A DNA stretch of 64,000 nt from Candidatus Babeliales bacterium. GTDB taxonomy: Bacteria; Babelota; Babeliae; Babelales; JBFXEV01. The translations under genes were made by a program, and so were the position numbers. Shown here piece after piece: positions 30,092 through 40,304 of this stretch. The notes under the pieces were generated by a model that worked only from the letters and a program-made list of their open reading frames with translations, made no database searches and was not told where the DNA came from. Numbering within the stretch: the first letter of the stretch is position 1; the number at the start of each line of letters is the position of its first letter. The DNA is taken from assembly GCA_050179755.1 (NCBI GenBank), contig JBFXEV010000001.1, positions 137,994-201,993 of the forward strand, in the 5' to 3' direction.

Positions 30092-30127
30092 TTGAATTGA
30101 TAAACACTGAGGGCGCTATCTTTTCTA

Positions 30128-31135
30128 TCAATCCCAATCTAATGAGCCAGCAGTTTGATACTCAGTCACCCGAGTTTCAAAGAAATTCTTTTCTTTATTC
30201 AAATCAGTTGATTGAGACATCCAAGGAAATGGATTTTCTTTAAAATACAATTTAGGTAATCCAATGCGTTCTAATCTACGATCAGTCACATGTTCTACAT
30301 AATCACAAAATTGATCTGCATTAATACCCAAAAGACCTTCTGGGCACGCGTCATGTGCATATCGAGATTCAAGTATTACTGCTTTTTTAATAAGCTCTAC
30401 TACTTCCTCCTGAAATTGCTCAGTCCACACTTCTGGATTTTCAGCTTTAATCGCATTGATTAAATCGCAACCAAATGCCAAATGAATACTTTCATCGCGC
30501 ATGATATATTCAAATTGCTCACCAGTACCCACCATTTTACCTTGGCGCTTTAATGCAAGCATCATGGCAAAACCTGCATAAAAGAAAATACCTTCCATAA
30601 TTACATAAAACCCAATAAGGTCATGCAAAAATTTCTGCGTGTTTTCAACACCTTGCGTGGTAAATCCAGGCTCAAAAATAGATTTGGTTAATTCAATAAC
30701 AAATGAATCCTTTTGTGCAATAGAAGGAATCGTATTATACATATTATAAATTTCATCTGGATCAAGACCCAAACTATCGCAACAATAAATAAACGTATCA
30801 GTGTGCACAGCTTCTTCAAATGCCTGCCGCAATAAGTATTGGCGGCATTCTGGGTTGGTTACATGCTGATAGACTGCAAGCACTAGGTTATTTGCAGTCA
30901 GAGATTCTGCGGTTGCAAAGAAGCCCAAATTCCACAAAATAAGTCTACGTTCTTTATCACTGAGCGCATCTTTTGAACGCCATTGCTCAATGTCCATTTG
31001 CATAGATACTTCTTCGGGCGTCCAGTTGTTTGCAATGCCATTTTTATAATGTTCACGCGCCCATAAATAGGTCATAGGCAATATTTTATTGGGATCAACT
31101 TGAGAATTGTTTATAATGCTTTTTCGTTTTTGCAT
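30128..31135 (-). CDS. nrdB: Ribonucleotide reductase small subunit, class Ic (R2c) type
   Basis: WTPEEV, FFATAES, EEAVHTDTF, EGIFFY, RDESIH, NFFETRVTEY. Confidence 0.93.
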   Translation of the reverse strand: MQKRKSIINNSQVDPNKILPMTYLWAREHYKNGIANNWTPEEVSMQMDIEQWRSKDALSDKERRLILWNLGFFATAESLTANNLVLAVYQHVTNPECRQYLLRQAFEEAVHTDTFIYCCDSLGLDPDEIYNMYNTIPSIAQKDSFVIELTKSIFEPGFTTQGVENTQKFLHDLIGFYVIMEGIFFYAGFAMMLALKRQGKMVGTGEQFEYIMRDESIHLAFGCDLINAIKAENPEVWTEQFQEEVVELIKKAVILESRYAHDACPEGLLGINADQFCDYVEHVTDRRLERIGLPKLYFKENPFPWMSQSTDLNKEKNFFETRVTEYQTAGSLDWD

Positions 31136-31163
31136 TGTCTTTCCTTATCGGAATTTTCACCTT

Positions 31164-31280
31164 CCCTTCGATACAATTCGCTTCGCGAACACTCAGGGCG
31201 AGCGGTGAAAAAATAATTTATTTTAAACCGCTCATACTGAGTGTTTTTTCGACAGAAAAAATGTATCGAAGTATAAAGCG
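31164..31280. repeat. Inverted pair of REP-like units, family 2, between nrdA and nrdB
   Basis: CCCTTCGATACA..CACTCAGGGCGAGCGG and CCGCTCATACTGAGTG..TGTATCGAAG; related pair at 48013-48092. Confidence 0.7.
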
Positions 31281-31289
31281 TATTTTGCG

Positions 31290-33785
31290 CTATTGGCAAC
31301 TTTCACAGCTTAAATCATCAGGATTACATGCAGCACCTTTTTGCATAGCTACTGGTGCTACAACTTCATCTTTCTCTACCGTACCAAAATCACGTTTTTG
31401 CGTAAAGCCATATTTACTTGCATCCAGCGTAGATTTCTCAATTTGGGATGCACCAAGTGTACGTAGATAATACGTGGTTTTTAAGCCGCATTTCCATGCT
31501 GTTGTATAAATCTCATCAAGCTTTTTGCCAGAAACACCTTTCATAAACACGTTATGTGATTGACTTTGGTCTATCCATTTACCACGCGCTGCAGTGATTT
31601 TAATCAAATGTACTGGGTCAAGTTCAAATGATCCTTTGTAAAGATCTTTAATATGCTGCGGAATACGTGCAATGTTTTGCAATTCACCATCATGGAATTT
31701 AATATCCTCAAGCATATGTTGATCCCAAAGCCCAAGCTTTTTCAAATCGCGAAGTAAGAATCTATTAATAATCGTAAATTCACCGGCAATATTTGATTTT
31801 ACATACAAGTTTCGGTACGCAGGTTCAATACACGGGTATGATCCTGCAATATTAGAAATGGTTGCGGTTGGTGCAATAGAAAGAACATTTGAATTGCGCA
31901 TACCATGTTGTTTTACAAATGCACGCACTGGTGCCCAATCTAACCTGCTTGTACGAGAAACATCAATCTTCATACCACGTTCTTGCTCAAGAAGTGCAAT
32001 AGTATCAAGAGGGAACAAATTGCGATCCCATTTTGATCCTTTGTACGATGAATAGGTGCCACGCTCACGAGCAAGATCAGCTGATGCCATAATTGCATGA
32101 TACAATATCATTTCACCAATTTGATCTGCCATTTCAATTGCTGCATCAGAATCAAATGGTATTCCCATTTCAAACAATACGTCTTGGAATCCCATCTGCC
32201 CTAAACCAATAGGTCTGTGCCGTTCGTTTGACGTTTTAGCTTCTACTGTTGGATAAAAGTTTAAATCAATCACATTATCAAGCATGCGCACTGCAGTTTT
32301 TAGCGTTTTTGCCATGAGTTGCTGATCAATTTGGCCCTGTGCGGTCATATGGCGCGCTAAATTAATAGAACCTAGGTTACATACTGCCGTTTCATCAGCT
32401 GACGTATTAAGCGTAATTTCAGTACATAAATTAGAACAATGTACCACGCCAGCATGATCTTGCGGCGATCTAACATTGCACGGATCTTTAAAAGTTATCC
32501 AGGGATGCCCCGTTTCAAACAATCGAGAAAGCATTTTACGCCAAAGTGCGCGTGCAGAGGTTGTGCGAAATAGCTTAATTTTGCCTTCTTGCGCTTTTTG
32601 TTCAAAAGCCACATATTTCTCTTCAAATGCACGGCCATAAACATCATGCAAACCTGGCACTTCATCCGGAGAAAAAAGCGTCCATTCTTTATCTTCTTGT
32701 ACCCGCTTCATAAACAAATCAGGGATCCAATTTGCAGTATTCATGTCGTGCGTGCGGCGGCGTTCATCGCCGGTATTTTTACGTAAATCCAAAAAGTCTT
32801 CAATGTCATAGTGCCATGTTTCTAAATATGCACACGTACCACCACGCCTGATTGCACTTTTAGTAATACCAGAAACAACATCATTTGCTATTTTAAGAAA
32901 CGGGATAACTCCTTGGCTGCTTGCATGAATACTTTTAATCCAGGATCCTGTGCCACGAATATTAGTCCAGTCGTTACCAATGCCGCCTGCCCATTTTGAT
33001 AATTGAGCATTATCACCCACTACTTTAAAAATATGATGCAAATCATCATGCACCGTGCTTAAATAGCAAGAACTTAATTGGGGAATTAAATACCCTGAAT
33101 GAAACAAGGTAGGCGTAGAAGAAACATAGCGTAAATTTGAAAAAAGCTCATAAAATTCTAAAGCTCGTTTTTCTTTTTCTTGCTCATTTAAAGCAAGCCC
33201 CATTGCAACACGCATCCAAAATGTTTGTGGCAATTCCACACGTTCGCCGCTTATTTTCATAAAATAACGATCATAAAGCGTATGAAGGCCTAAATAGCAA
33301 AAAAGTCTATCATTTTCAAGACGCAATGCCTGTGCAAGTACATTAAGATCAAACTCAAGCATACGTGCATCAAGCACCTTTTCTTGCACGCCACGTTCAA
33401 TACTGGTTATAAACGTTGCTTGATATAAATGAGGCACATTTGCTGCAGTGCATGAAATACCAAATACTTCTTTATAGAGTTTTTTAAGCAAAAGCTGCGC
33501 TGCAACTTCATCATACGCGGTATCGCGCTCAATAAATGAAACTGCCGCCAATACTAACGCTTTTTCTACATCAGATGTTGGCACTTGATCATAAATGTTT
33601 TTTAATACTTCTGAAACAAGTAAATCAATGTCAATAGAAACATTACGCTCGCGAGCAGCCCGTTCAAGTGAAGTTCTAATTTTCTCTTCTTCAAGTGATG
33701 TTATCTGCAAATTTCGCTTTATCACTCGAACATGCGAAAGTGACATAGTTGCGTGATTGCCTTGTTCATTATGTTGTATAATCAT
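31290..33785 (-). CDS. nrdA: Ribonucleotide reductase large subunit with N-terminal ATP cone
   Basis: VIKRN ATP cone, TPTLF, LSSCYL, SNLCTEI, IAPTATIS, KTTYYLR, C-terminal CESCQ. Confidence 0.96.
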   Translation of the reverse strand: MIIQHNEQGNHATMSLSHVRVIKRNLQITSLEEEKIRTSLERAARERNVSIDIDLLVSEVLKNIYDQVPTSDVEKALVLAAVSFIERDTAYDEVAAQLLLKKLYKEVFGISCTAANVPHLYQATFITSIERGVQEKVLDARMLEFDLNVLAQALRLENDRLFCYLGLHTLYDRYFMKISGERVELPQTFWMRVAMGLALNEQEKEKRALEFYELFSNLRYVSSTPTLFHSGYLIPQLSSCYLSTVHDDLHHIFKVVGDNAQLSKWAGGIGNDWTNIRGTGSWIKSIHASSQGVIPFLKIANDVVSGITKSAIRRGGTCAYLETWHYDIEDFLDLRKNTGDERRRTHDMNTANWIPDLFMKRVQEDKEWTLFSPDEVPGLHDVYGRAFEEKYVAFEQKAQEGKIKLFRTTSARALWRKMLSRLFETGHPWITFKDPCNVRSPQDHAGVVHCSNLCTEITLNTSADETAVCNLGSINLARHMTAQGQIDQQLMAKTLKTAVRMLDNVIDLNFYPTVEAKTSNERHRPIGLGQMGFQDVLFEMGIPFDSDAAIEMADQIGEMILYHAIMASADLARERGTYSSYKGSKWDRNLFPLDTIALLEQERGMKIDVSRTSRLDWAPVRAFVKQHGMRNSNVLSIAPTATISNIAGSYPCIEPAYRNLYVKSNIAGEFTIINRFLLRDLKKLGLWDQHMLEDIKFHDGELQNIARIPQHIKDLYKGSFELDPVHLIKITAARGKWIDQSQSHNVFMKGVSGKKLDEIYTTAWKCGLKTTYYLRTLGASQIEKSTLDASKYGFTQKRDFGTVEKDEVVAPVAMQKGAACNPDDLSCESCQ

Positions 33786-34324
33786 TAACTATCCTTTTTG
33801 TTTAAACACCTTTAACGGTTTTCCCTCTACTTCATCTACAACCTTAGTGCAACAAATTCTTTTTGTACTAATAAAACTTTCCCACACCATGTTATAAACA
33901 TAGAGTTAGACGATTTCAGTTAGTCTCTCCATTTTTAAATAACAGGCCCATGCAATTCTTGGGCATGTTTTGCTATGCAACAGAGCTTCTATATGAGTTT
34001 TTTGAGTAATGCACTGCTTCCTCAATCTCCATTAGACAACCCAACCACAATTTTTAAAAAAACTTTTTTTCTTTCTATAAGAAATACACATCTCCTTTCT
34101 TATACATCTACCTTATCACCACCGAACGCCTTAAGCAAATAGTTTTTTATAATTTTTTTTGTAAAACACATTCTTCAATTTTTTGCAAATTCAATACTTC
34201 TCACATTTTCTAATTGTATCACTTTTTGCCTCGTCCAAAAAATAAACTCTTGACGTATACCCACTTTTTTTGATTTGCTAAGGGTAGCGAAATTAATAGT
34301 AACCTCAACCATAAGGAGACGTTT

Positions 34325-35449
34325 ATGAAACGTTCTTATCACTTACTTGTTACGTTGGTAACACTTAGTTATTCATTATCAGCAGTTGCTGGTTGCCCGT
34401 GCGCGCGTGAAAAACGTGCAATGCGCGCAAAACGAACTGCTGTTCAGCCAATGGCACCAGTAACTTCTGTTTCTCAATCAGTTGGCAATATAGTTTCTGA
34501 TCTTACACAGGGCAATGTAGTTGGAGCAACCGGTCAAGCAATTAGAACAGCACCTGATGCTACAGCATCTGTAGTACAACCCAGTATGCCAAAAACAGAA
34601 AAAAGGCTAATGGAAGTTGAAGCGGCGCCTATGCCTAAGAAAATGAAAACTGAAGCTCCAGCACCAGCACCACAAGTCATGGAAAATAATAGAATTGATC
34701 TCTCGAAACAGTCTGATTTTGATGCACTTATAACCAAACATCCACACGTTATCGCAGTGTTTACTACAACTTGGTGCGGCCCCTGCAAAAATTTAAAACC
34801 AGTTCTTGATGAAATACGTACAAGTAACAAAGATGTAATGTTTGTGTATGTTGATGGTGATGAGTATCCAGGGCTTGTTAGCAAATATGCAAGCGTGGGA
34901 TTCCCTACGCTCAAATTGTTTAAAAATGGCAAAGAAGTTGCTCAAGCAATTGGTGGACAATCAAAAGATGAAATACAAAGCTTAATCAATCAACATTTTA
35001 AAGGTGGCGTGCCAACATTTGTAATGGGTGATGCTACTGAATCAATAGAACAAGTGGCAGCTCCCGCACCACAACCTATTAAAATGCCTGCACCTGCTCC
35101 AGCACCAATGCAAGAATCCATGACAGCAAACAAAATAGTCCTTGTAAAAGACTCAGATTTTGATGGTCATTTAAGAAAAAACAAAAACGTTATTGGCATC
35201 TTTACTACCACATGGTGCGGGCCATGTAAAACGCTTAAACCAGTACTTGAAGAACTTGTAGGATCAAATGCAAACGTAACGTTTGTCTACGTTGATGGTG
35301 ATAGATTCCCAAGTCTTGTAAAAAAATATGCAAGCATTGGATTCCCAACACTTAAATTCTTTAAGAATGGTAAAGAAGTTGCACAGACTGTTGGTGGCAG
35401 ATCACGCGATGAATTGCAAAGCATGATTAACCAACATTATAGAGGATAA
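34325..35449 (+). CDS. Exported tandem two-domain thioredoxin with Pro/Ala-rich linkers
   Basis: AAGGAG RBS, signal peptide, two near-duplicate domains each with TTWCGPCK and GFPTLK. Confidence 0.88.
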   Translation: MKRSYHLLVTLVTLSYSLSAVAGCPCAREKRAMRAKRTAVQPMAPVTSVSQSVGNIVSDLTQGNVVGATGQAIRTAPDATASVVQPSMPKTEKRLMEVEAAPMPKKMKTEAPAPAPQVMENNRIDLSKQSDFDALITKHPHVIAVFTTTWCGPCKNLKPVLDEIRTSNKDVMFVYVDGDEYPGLVSKYASVGFPTLKLFKNGKEVAQAIGGQSKDEIQSLINQHFKGGVPTFVMGDATESIEQVAAPAPQPIKMPAPAPAPMQESMTANKIVLVKDSDFDGHLRKNKNVIGIFTTTWCGPCKTLKPVLEELVGSNANVTFVYVDGDRFPSLVKKYASIGFPTLKFFKNGKEVAQTVGGRSRDELQSMINQHYRG

Positions 35450-36673
35450 TTATAGAAGCCAATGCGGAGCCGGTTCATATAAAATGAATGGCTTCGCTTT
35501 AATGTAAAAGGCTTGTGTATCGCGCTTAAGCGCCTGCACAAGCCTTTTTTTATCTATCTTGCCTTCAATATATTCACGAATAATTGGTGAGCCCATTGCC
35601 CTATCAAAATTTCCAAATGATAATTGCACGCCTTCTTTTTTAAAAAATTCAAGAACAGCAAGAAGTGCATGAATTGTAGAAACTTTATTGGGATCTTCAA
35701 TTTTCAAATCTAACCCCACAAAGTAATCTTGTCTGCGTTTGCTGTAATACGTATGCCAACAACTTACAATATGCAGATCTTTTAACACGGTGCGCAAAGC
35801 ATCAAATTTTTTAACATCAAACTTTAATTTTTTGGGTATACCAATCACGGTGAATTCTTCTGTTGCCCCATCAACATTAAGAGGCCATACTTCTCCTATA
35901 AGGCCCAAAAATGAATATCCTCTGAGTGATTTAAGTGTGGTAATTTTAGGAGAAAGAGGAGCTAATAATGTAGTAAAAATCATGTCTCTGCGATAATCTG
36001 CCATTTTAACCACGGTCAACAACACTGTGTCTTGAAAATAATACTTATTAAAAAATGTTGCCAGCTCACCAAACGTCATGCCATGGCGCACTGGAATCGG
36101 GGCAATGCCAATAAACGATTTTAATGCCGGTTCCACAAGCGGCGCTTCCATTACGCCGCCTAACGGATTTGGCCGATCTAGAATTATAACCGGTTTTCCA
36201 AATTGACTTGCAACTTCTAATAACTTATACATAGTAGAAACATAGGTATAATGACGCATACCAGCATCTTGCATATCAAATATGAACACATCAATTGCAT
36301 CAAGAAGTGCAGTATCAACTTGCTTGCCTTGTGTTGTGTGATCACCACCCTGACTATACACACTTACAATGGGCAAACCAGTTTTGGCATCTTTGGCATC
36401 ATGCACGGTTTTACCTCGTTCTACCATGCCTTCAATACCATGCTCTGGTGCAAACAAATGTGTAATATTTAAACCTTTATTCAAAAGTAGATCTATATTG
36501 CGATTGCCTTGTTGATCTTTACCGGTTTGGTTTGTCACCAAGCCAATACGTTTGCCTTTAAGTGATGTAATGAGTTCATTTGAAATATTTTCAAGGCCAA
36601 GTTTATACTGAGCAAATAAAGAAAATGAAGAACACAATAACAAAAATAAATATATTGAATGAAGCACATACAT
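35450..36673 (-). CDS. DUF1343 / NamZ-like exo-beta-N-acetylmuramidase
   Basis: GLVTNQTG, FAPEHG, DMQDAGMRHYTY, LDRPNPLGG, RHGMTFGELA. Confidence 0.88.
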   Translation of the reverse strand: MYVLHSIYLFLLLCSSFSLFAQYKLGLENISNELITSLKGKRIGLVTNQTGKDQQGNRNIDLLLNKGLNITHLFAPEHGIEGMVERGKTVHDAKDAKTGLPIVSVYSQGGDHTTQGKQVDTALLDAIDVFIFDMQDAGMRHYTYVSTMYKLLEVASQFGKPVIILDRPNPLGGVMEAPLVEPALKSFIGIAPIPVRHGMTFGELATFFNKYYFQDTVLLTVVKMADYRRDMIFTTLLAPLSPKITTLKSLRGYSFLGLIGEVWPLNVDGATEEFTVIGIPKKLKFDVKKFDALRTVLKDLHIVSCWHTYYSKRRQDYFVGLDLKIEDPNKVSTIHALLAVLEFFKKEGVQLSFGNFDRAMGSPIIREYIEGKIDKKRLVQALKRDTQAFYIKAKPFILYEPAPHWLL

Positions 36674-36712
36674 AACAAACCTCTATGCAAGTTCTTATTT
36701 TGCAATAATTAA

Positions 36713-37024
36713 TTATTCTGCTGCAGCAGACTCTTGCGTTTGCTCGGTTGTACCAGAAGCTAGAGCTTCGCTTATTTCTGTTTTAGGCTCTTCTGCTTCC
36801 ACAGTAGGCTTAGAAGATATATCTTCAACTGCTTGGTTTTCTTTACCATTCTGCGCGGTTGCATCTTTAGACTTTTCGGAACTCATTTGTTGAGATCTCC
36901 TGGTAGGTATTAATTTAAGGCCTGCCCATTTACCCCCGCGCACCCCACCAGAACTTTCTTGCATCGCGTACACAGCACAAAAAACAAATGCTGCTGACAA
37001 TAAAAACACAATCTTTTTATTCAT
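36713..37024 (-). CDS. Small exported acidic disordered protein
   Basis: GGAG RBS, signal VYA-MQE. Confidence 0.65.
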   Translation of the reverse strand: MNKKIVFLLSAAFVFCAVYAMQESSGGVRGGKWAGLKLIPTRRSQQMSSEKSKDATAQNGKENQAVEDISSKPTVEAEEPKTEISEALASGTTEQTQESAAAE

Positions 37025-37145
37025 AATTTCTCCACTACTTTATTGTTGACTATTATTGAACAGCTTTAAAAAAAGCTATAAATAAAGCTTTAATCAACAT
37101 TGAGCATAAGTTAAATGAGCATAAAGATGCAATGGTTACTAAAAA

Positions 37146-37177
37146 ATATGCCTCAGTTTTTTAGAGCTGAGGCATAT
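37146..37177 (-). terminator. Intrinsic terminator after the 37213-40272 gene
   Basis: ATATGCCTCAG...CTGAGGCATAT followed by a T-run on the minus strand. Confidence 0.7.
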
Positions 37178-37212
37178 GTTATATTACAAAAAAATAAGTA
37201 CTTACTCACTCA

Positions 37213-40200
37213 TCACGCACAACCAAATTTTTTCTTAATGCTCAGCGGTATTTCATTAGTATCATAATTGCCTTCAAAAAAATATGCTTGATCTGTTGCA
37301 TGCGGTTCCACAATCACCAGCGACTCACCATTAACTTCACGAACAGTGAGCAAACTAGAAAATCCTATTTGCGATGCAGTCTGAAAATGAGTTAATCTTC
37401 CGCAAGCATCGCGTTGTGCATAGAAAACTTGCCCTTCACGATTAAGTGTTGGAGTGCCATTTTTTACAACAAAATTATTTTCCAGGAATAATGTTACATA
37501 TGGTGGAACTGGCAATTGTACCGTTCTTTGATTTTGTCCCCAGCCTGGGTGCAATGGCACGCCATTATCTTGAATCAAATCTAAGTTCGCGCGGCCTGTA
37601 ACTGGATCTGCTAATCCTGTTCCTGCATTAGATCCCGTTACCATTATCTCAAGACCATCTTTAAACGCTTGAGCAATAAAGATTTGACGATCATCTGCAT
37701 TATTTAAATCAAGACCTGTTGATGCCAAAATGTTATCATACCATTGATAATACACGGGATTGCCTAAATCGGGGCCAATCTGCAATACACGCAATATTAA
37801 TGAATAACAAAAATATGCATTTGCAGATATTGCTACTGGTAATACTCGTGATTGATCAGGCGTTTCTTGTGACCAATCGCCGGTAGGTTCAGTTATAAAA
37901 AGTAAGAACGCGTAATTCAGCCCTGTTACTTCCCGTAAGATCGGATCGGGGATTCCTTGCTCAAACATGTTTCTGCCAAGCATAGAAATCCATAATTGTG
38001 AAAGAACCCATCGGCCATCCCAATTTAATCCTTCCATGCGATCTGCTTGATCAACATTTGGAATTGATCGACCATCATATGGCTCACTTAGAAGTTTTAT
38101 TCCGCGTTCAATTTCATGAGGGGACAAACCAATGTCTAGGCCCTTTGCCTGCAATGCCGTAAGACATGTTTCTCTCATAGTATTTGGGAACATATCTGAA
38201 GCATAATTTTGAAATTCTGCTTGCACAATACGGCGACCATCTCGTTGTAAATTTAGTTGACTCCAAAGATCTTGTATGTCTTGAAATACTAATTTACCTT
38301 GCTCATCGAGTTTCTGATTAATATCATAAAAGATAGATCCTACGCGATCATATTCAAAACTGGAACCAAAATTAGTCTGATCATCATTAGACCAAATTCC
38401 ATTCCACGCAGCAATAAAACCACAGGATGGATTTTGGAAATATCGTGAACCATCCGCACGATATTCTGCATTAGTGGGAACTGGCAAGGTTCTTGGAAAG
38501 ACTAAACTTTCAAAAAACTTAGTTTCTGTTGCATCTTGCGGGTATAATCGATTAAAGTCAGGAGTTGTAATCGTATTATAAAAACCACCGCTAATAGAAT
38601 AAATATTATTCTTATTATCAAAACCACCATACATGAAAACAAATGGATTTGAATTCCAATTTACGGCAAATTCTTTGATCCTATTAAAAGGGAGCATGCC
38701 AAAATAGTTTGCAAAACCCTTAAGATATGCACCAATATCAGTTAACCAATCAAATGGTTGGCGAATAATGGTCACAAACTCAGGATTTTCATCATCAAAC
38801 AAACGAAAATCAAATTCTAAACCATGTCGTTGATCATTACCTTGATAAATTTTGGTGAAAAAGAATGTAATACTCCCGTCTGGTTCTCGCACATAAATGG
38901 TCGATTGCTCTTTGCCACCTGGTACATTTTCTGTGCCAGTCTCTTCATCATAAATAAGAATAAGATTTGCAGCATCTTCAAACGCCGCATCGCGAGCTGC
39001 AACTGAAGTTACTTCTGGGGATAAAAATATTTCACAACCAGATTTTGATCTAACATAGGTAGTAATTAAAGCTGGTGAATAACTAGATGCTTCAGGTGTA
39101 AAAAATGAAGTAGCTCTCCATACAGCACCGAGTGTAAAATTATCAATATCCCCGTCAAAACCATATGCTGTTTGCGAATTGCCAAACATCATAGCCGATC
39201 CATCTTTTGTTAAACTTGAACCGACTACTAGCCAATCTGACATAATTCTTCTATCTAGCAGCTTTCTTCTGTCATTTGCAAATTTGGCAACAACTTGTTT
39301 AGCAAAGTTTTGACGTTGCTCCTCAGACAGCGAACTTTCTGTGTGGTGCTTTCGAGCTTTCGTATCAACTTTTTTTGATGCACTATTTTTCAAAAAATTA
39401 TTTTCACAATACAGCCCTGATCTATCGCCTTCTTTTACCGTAAACCTAAAATTGTAACTTGTATCACCATTACAATCATTAATCAGATTAAAAGCGTCAA
39501 TACCACCTGATGGATCTACACTGGTCGAATCAACATTAGGTAAATACGCATTAAATATTTGATCAAAAGGAGCCACAGATGATCCAAAAATATCATTAGA
39601 GCCTTGCAATGCTTTGACAAAAACAGCACGATTAAAAAGTCCATATGCCACGTTAATATCAGCAGTAACGTCTTGCCAAAACCAGTTTAATATGCCAATA
39701 CCTTCTATAAAATCTGCTGGTAATGGCTCAAGCCCATTTTGTACTTTGATAATATAATCTATATAAGCCTGGTGACGACCATCAAGAAAATCAAGCATTG
39801 CAACCGGAAAATCAGTGCCTTGTTGACTCTCTATTTGCCCCTCTATCTGAGCATTAGTATAAGTAATACGCCGCGCATGCACGTCAAAAAATAAATCAGC
39901 GCCCACAATATACTCTGCTGTTCTTCCGGCAGCAGAAAGATAGGCAAATACTAGTGGCGCAAAGTTAACTTTAACATCGGGCTCGGCTGTCATATATCCA
40001 ATTTGATACCAATAAGAGCCAACGCCGTGCTCTGGTCCCTGATTTGGCGTACCGATCACTATAGGCCGACCAAATTGATCATACTCAACGTGCAGCGGCA
40101 CGTTCACATCAACTGAGGGCAATGCGCAATTATTTTTATTCTTTTTACAACATAATTTATTGCTAGTCCCTGCACGTGTAACATCAAATGCTTGCGCATC

Positions 40201-40272
40201 TGCATGTACAATAAATAAACTAAAAAATAAACTATATAACACGTTGATACTTAATAATTTGAAATGTTTCAT
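37213..40272 (-). CDS. Divergent exported penicillin-acylase-like (Ntn hydrolase, S45) protein
   Basis: YDQFGRP (cf. RDxxGvPH), SDWLVVGSSLTKDGSAMMFGN (cf. SNxWvvg...TxsG.a.l.gn), DNKNNI, NPSCGFIAAWN. Confidence 0.6.
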   Translation of the reverse strand: MKHFKLLSINVLYSLFFSLFIVHADAQAFDVTRAGTSNKLCCKKNKNNCALPSVDVNVPLHVEYDQFGRPIVIGTPNQGPEHGVGSYWYQIGYMTAEPDVKVNFAPLVFAYLSAAGRTAEYIVGADLFFDVHARRITYTNAQIEGQIESQQGTDFPVAMLDFLDGRHQAYIDYIIKVQNGLEPLPADFIEGIGILNWFWQDVTADINVAYGLFNRAVFVKALQGSNDIFGSSVAPFDQIFNAYLPNVDSTSVDPSGGIDAFNLINDCNGDTSYNFRFTVKEGDRSGLYCENNFLKNSASKKVDTKARKHHTESSLSEEQRQNFAKQVVAKFANDRRKLLDRRIMSDWLVVGSSLTKDGSAMMFGNSQTAYGFDGDIDNFTLGAVWRATSFFTPEASSYSPALITTYVRSKSGCEIFLSPEVTSVAARDAAFEDAANLILIYDEETGTENVPGGKEQSTIYVREPDGSITFFFTKIYQGNDQRHGLEFDFRLFDDENPEFVTIIRQPFDWLTDIGAYLKGFANYFGMLPFNRIKEFAVNWNSNPFVFMYGGFDNKNNIYSISGGFYNTITTPDFNRLYPQDATETKFFESLVFPRTLPVPTNAEYRADGSRYFQNPSCGFIAAWNGIWSNDDQTNFGSSFEYDRVGSIFYDINQKLDEQGKLVFQDIQDLWSQLNLQRDGRRIVQAEFQNYASDMFPNTMRETCLTALQAKGLDIGLSPHEIERGIKLLSEPYDGRSIPNVDQADRMEGLNWDGRWVLSQLWISMLGRNMFEQGIPDPILREVTGLNYAFLLFITEPTGDWSQETPDQSRVLPVAISANAYFCYSLILRVLQIGPDLGNPVYYQWYDNILASTGLDLNNADDRQIFIAQAFKDGLEIMVTGSNAGTGLADPVTGRANLDLIQDNGVPLHPGWGQNQRTVQLPVPPYVTLFLENNFVVKNGTPTLNREGQVFYAQRDACGRLTHFQTASQIGFSSLLTVREVNGESLVIVEPHATDQAYFFEGNYDTNEIPLSIKKKFGCA

Positions 40273-40304
40273 TGAAAACCCTCTTTGAATTTAAAAATTA
40301 ATAT

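Noticed and set aside
31135..31470. ORFs spanning the nrdA-nrdB gap
   Set aside because: They run through the REP doublet and overlap nrdA or nrdB; no coding features
31290..33785. Intein or intron in nrdA
   Set aside because: Continuous 831-aa ORF of normal size with no splice or homing-endonuclease motifs
33786..34324. NrdR boxes or an ncRNA in the 540-bp nrdA upstream region
   Set aside because: No convincing tandem NrdR consensus or stable structure seen by eye
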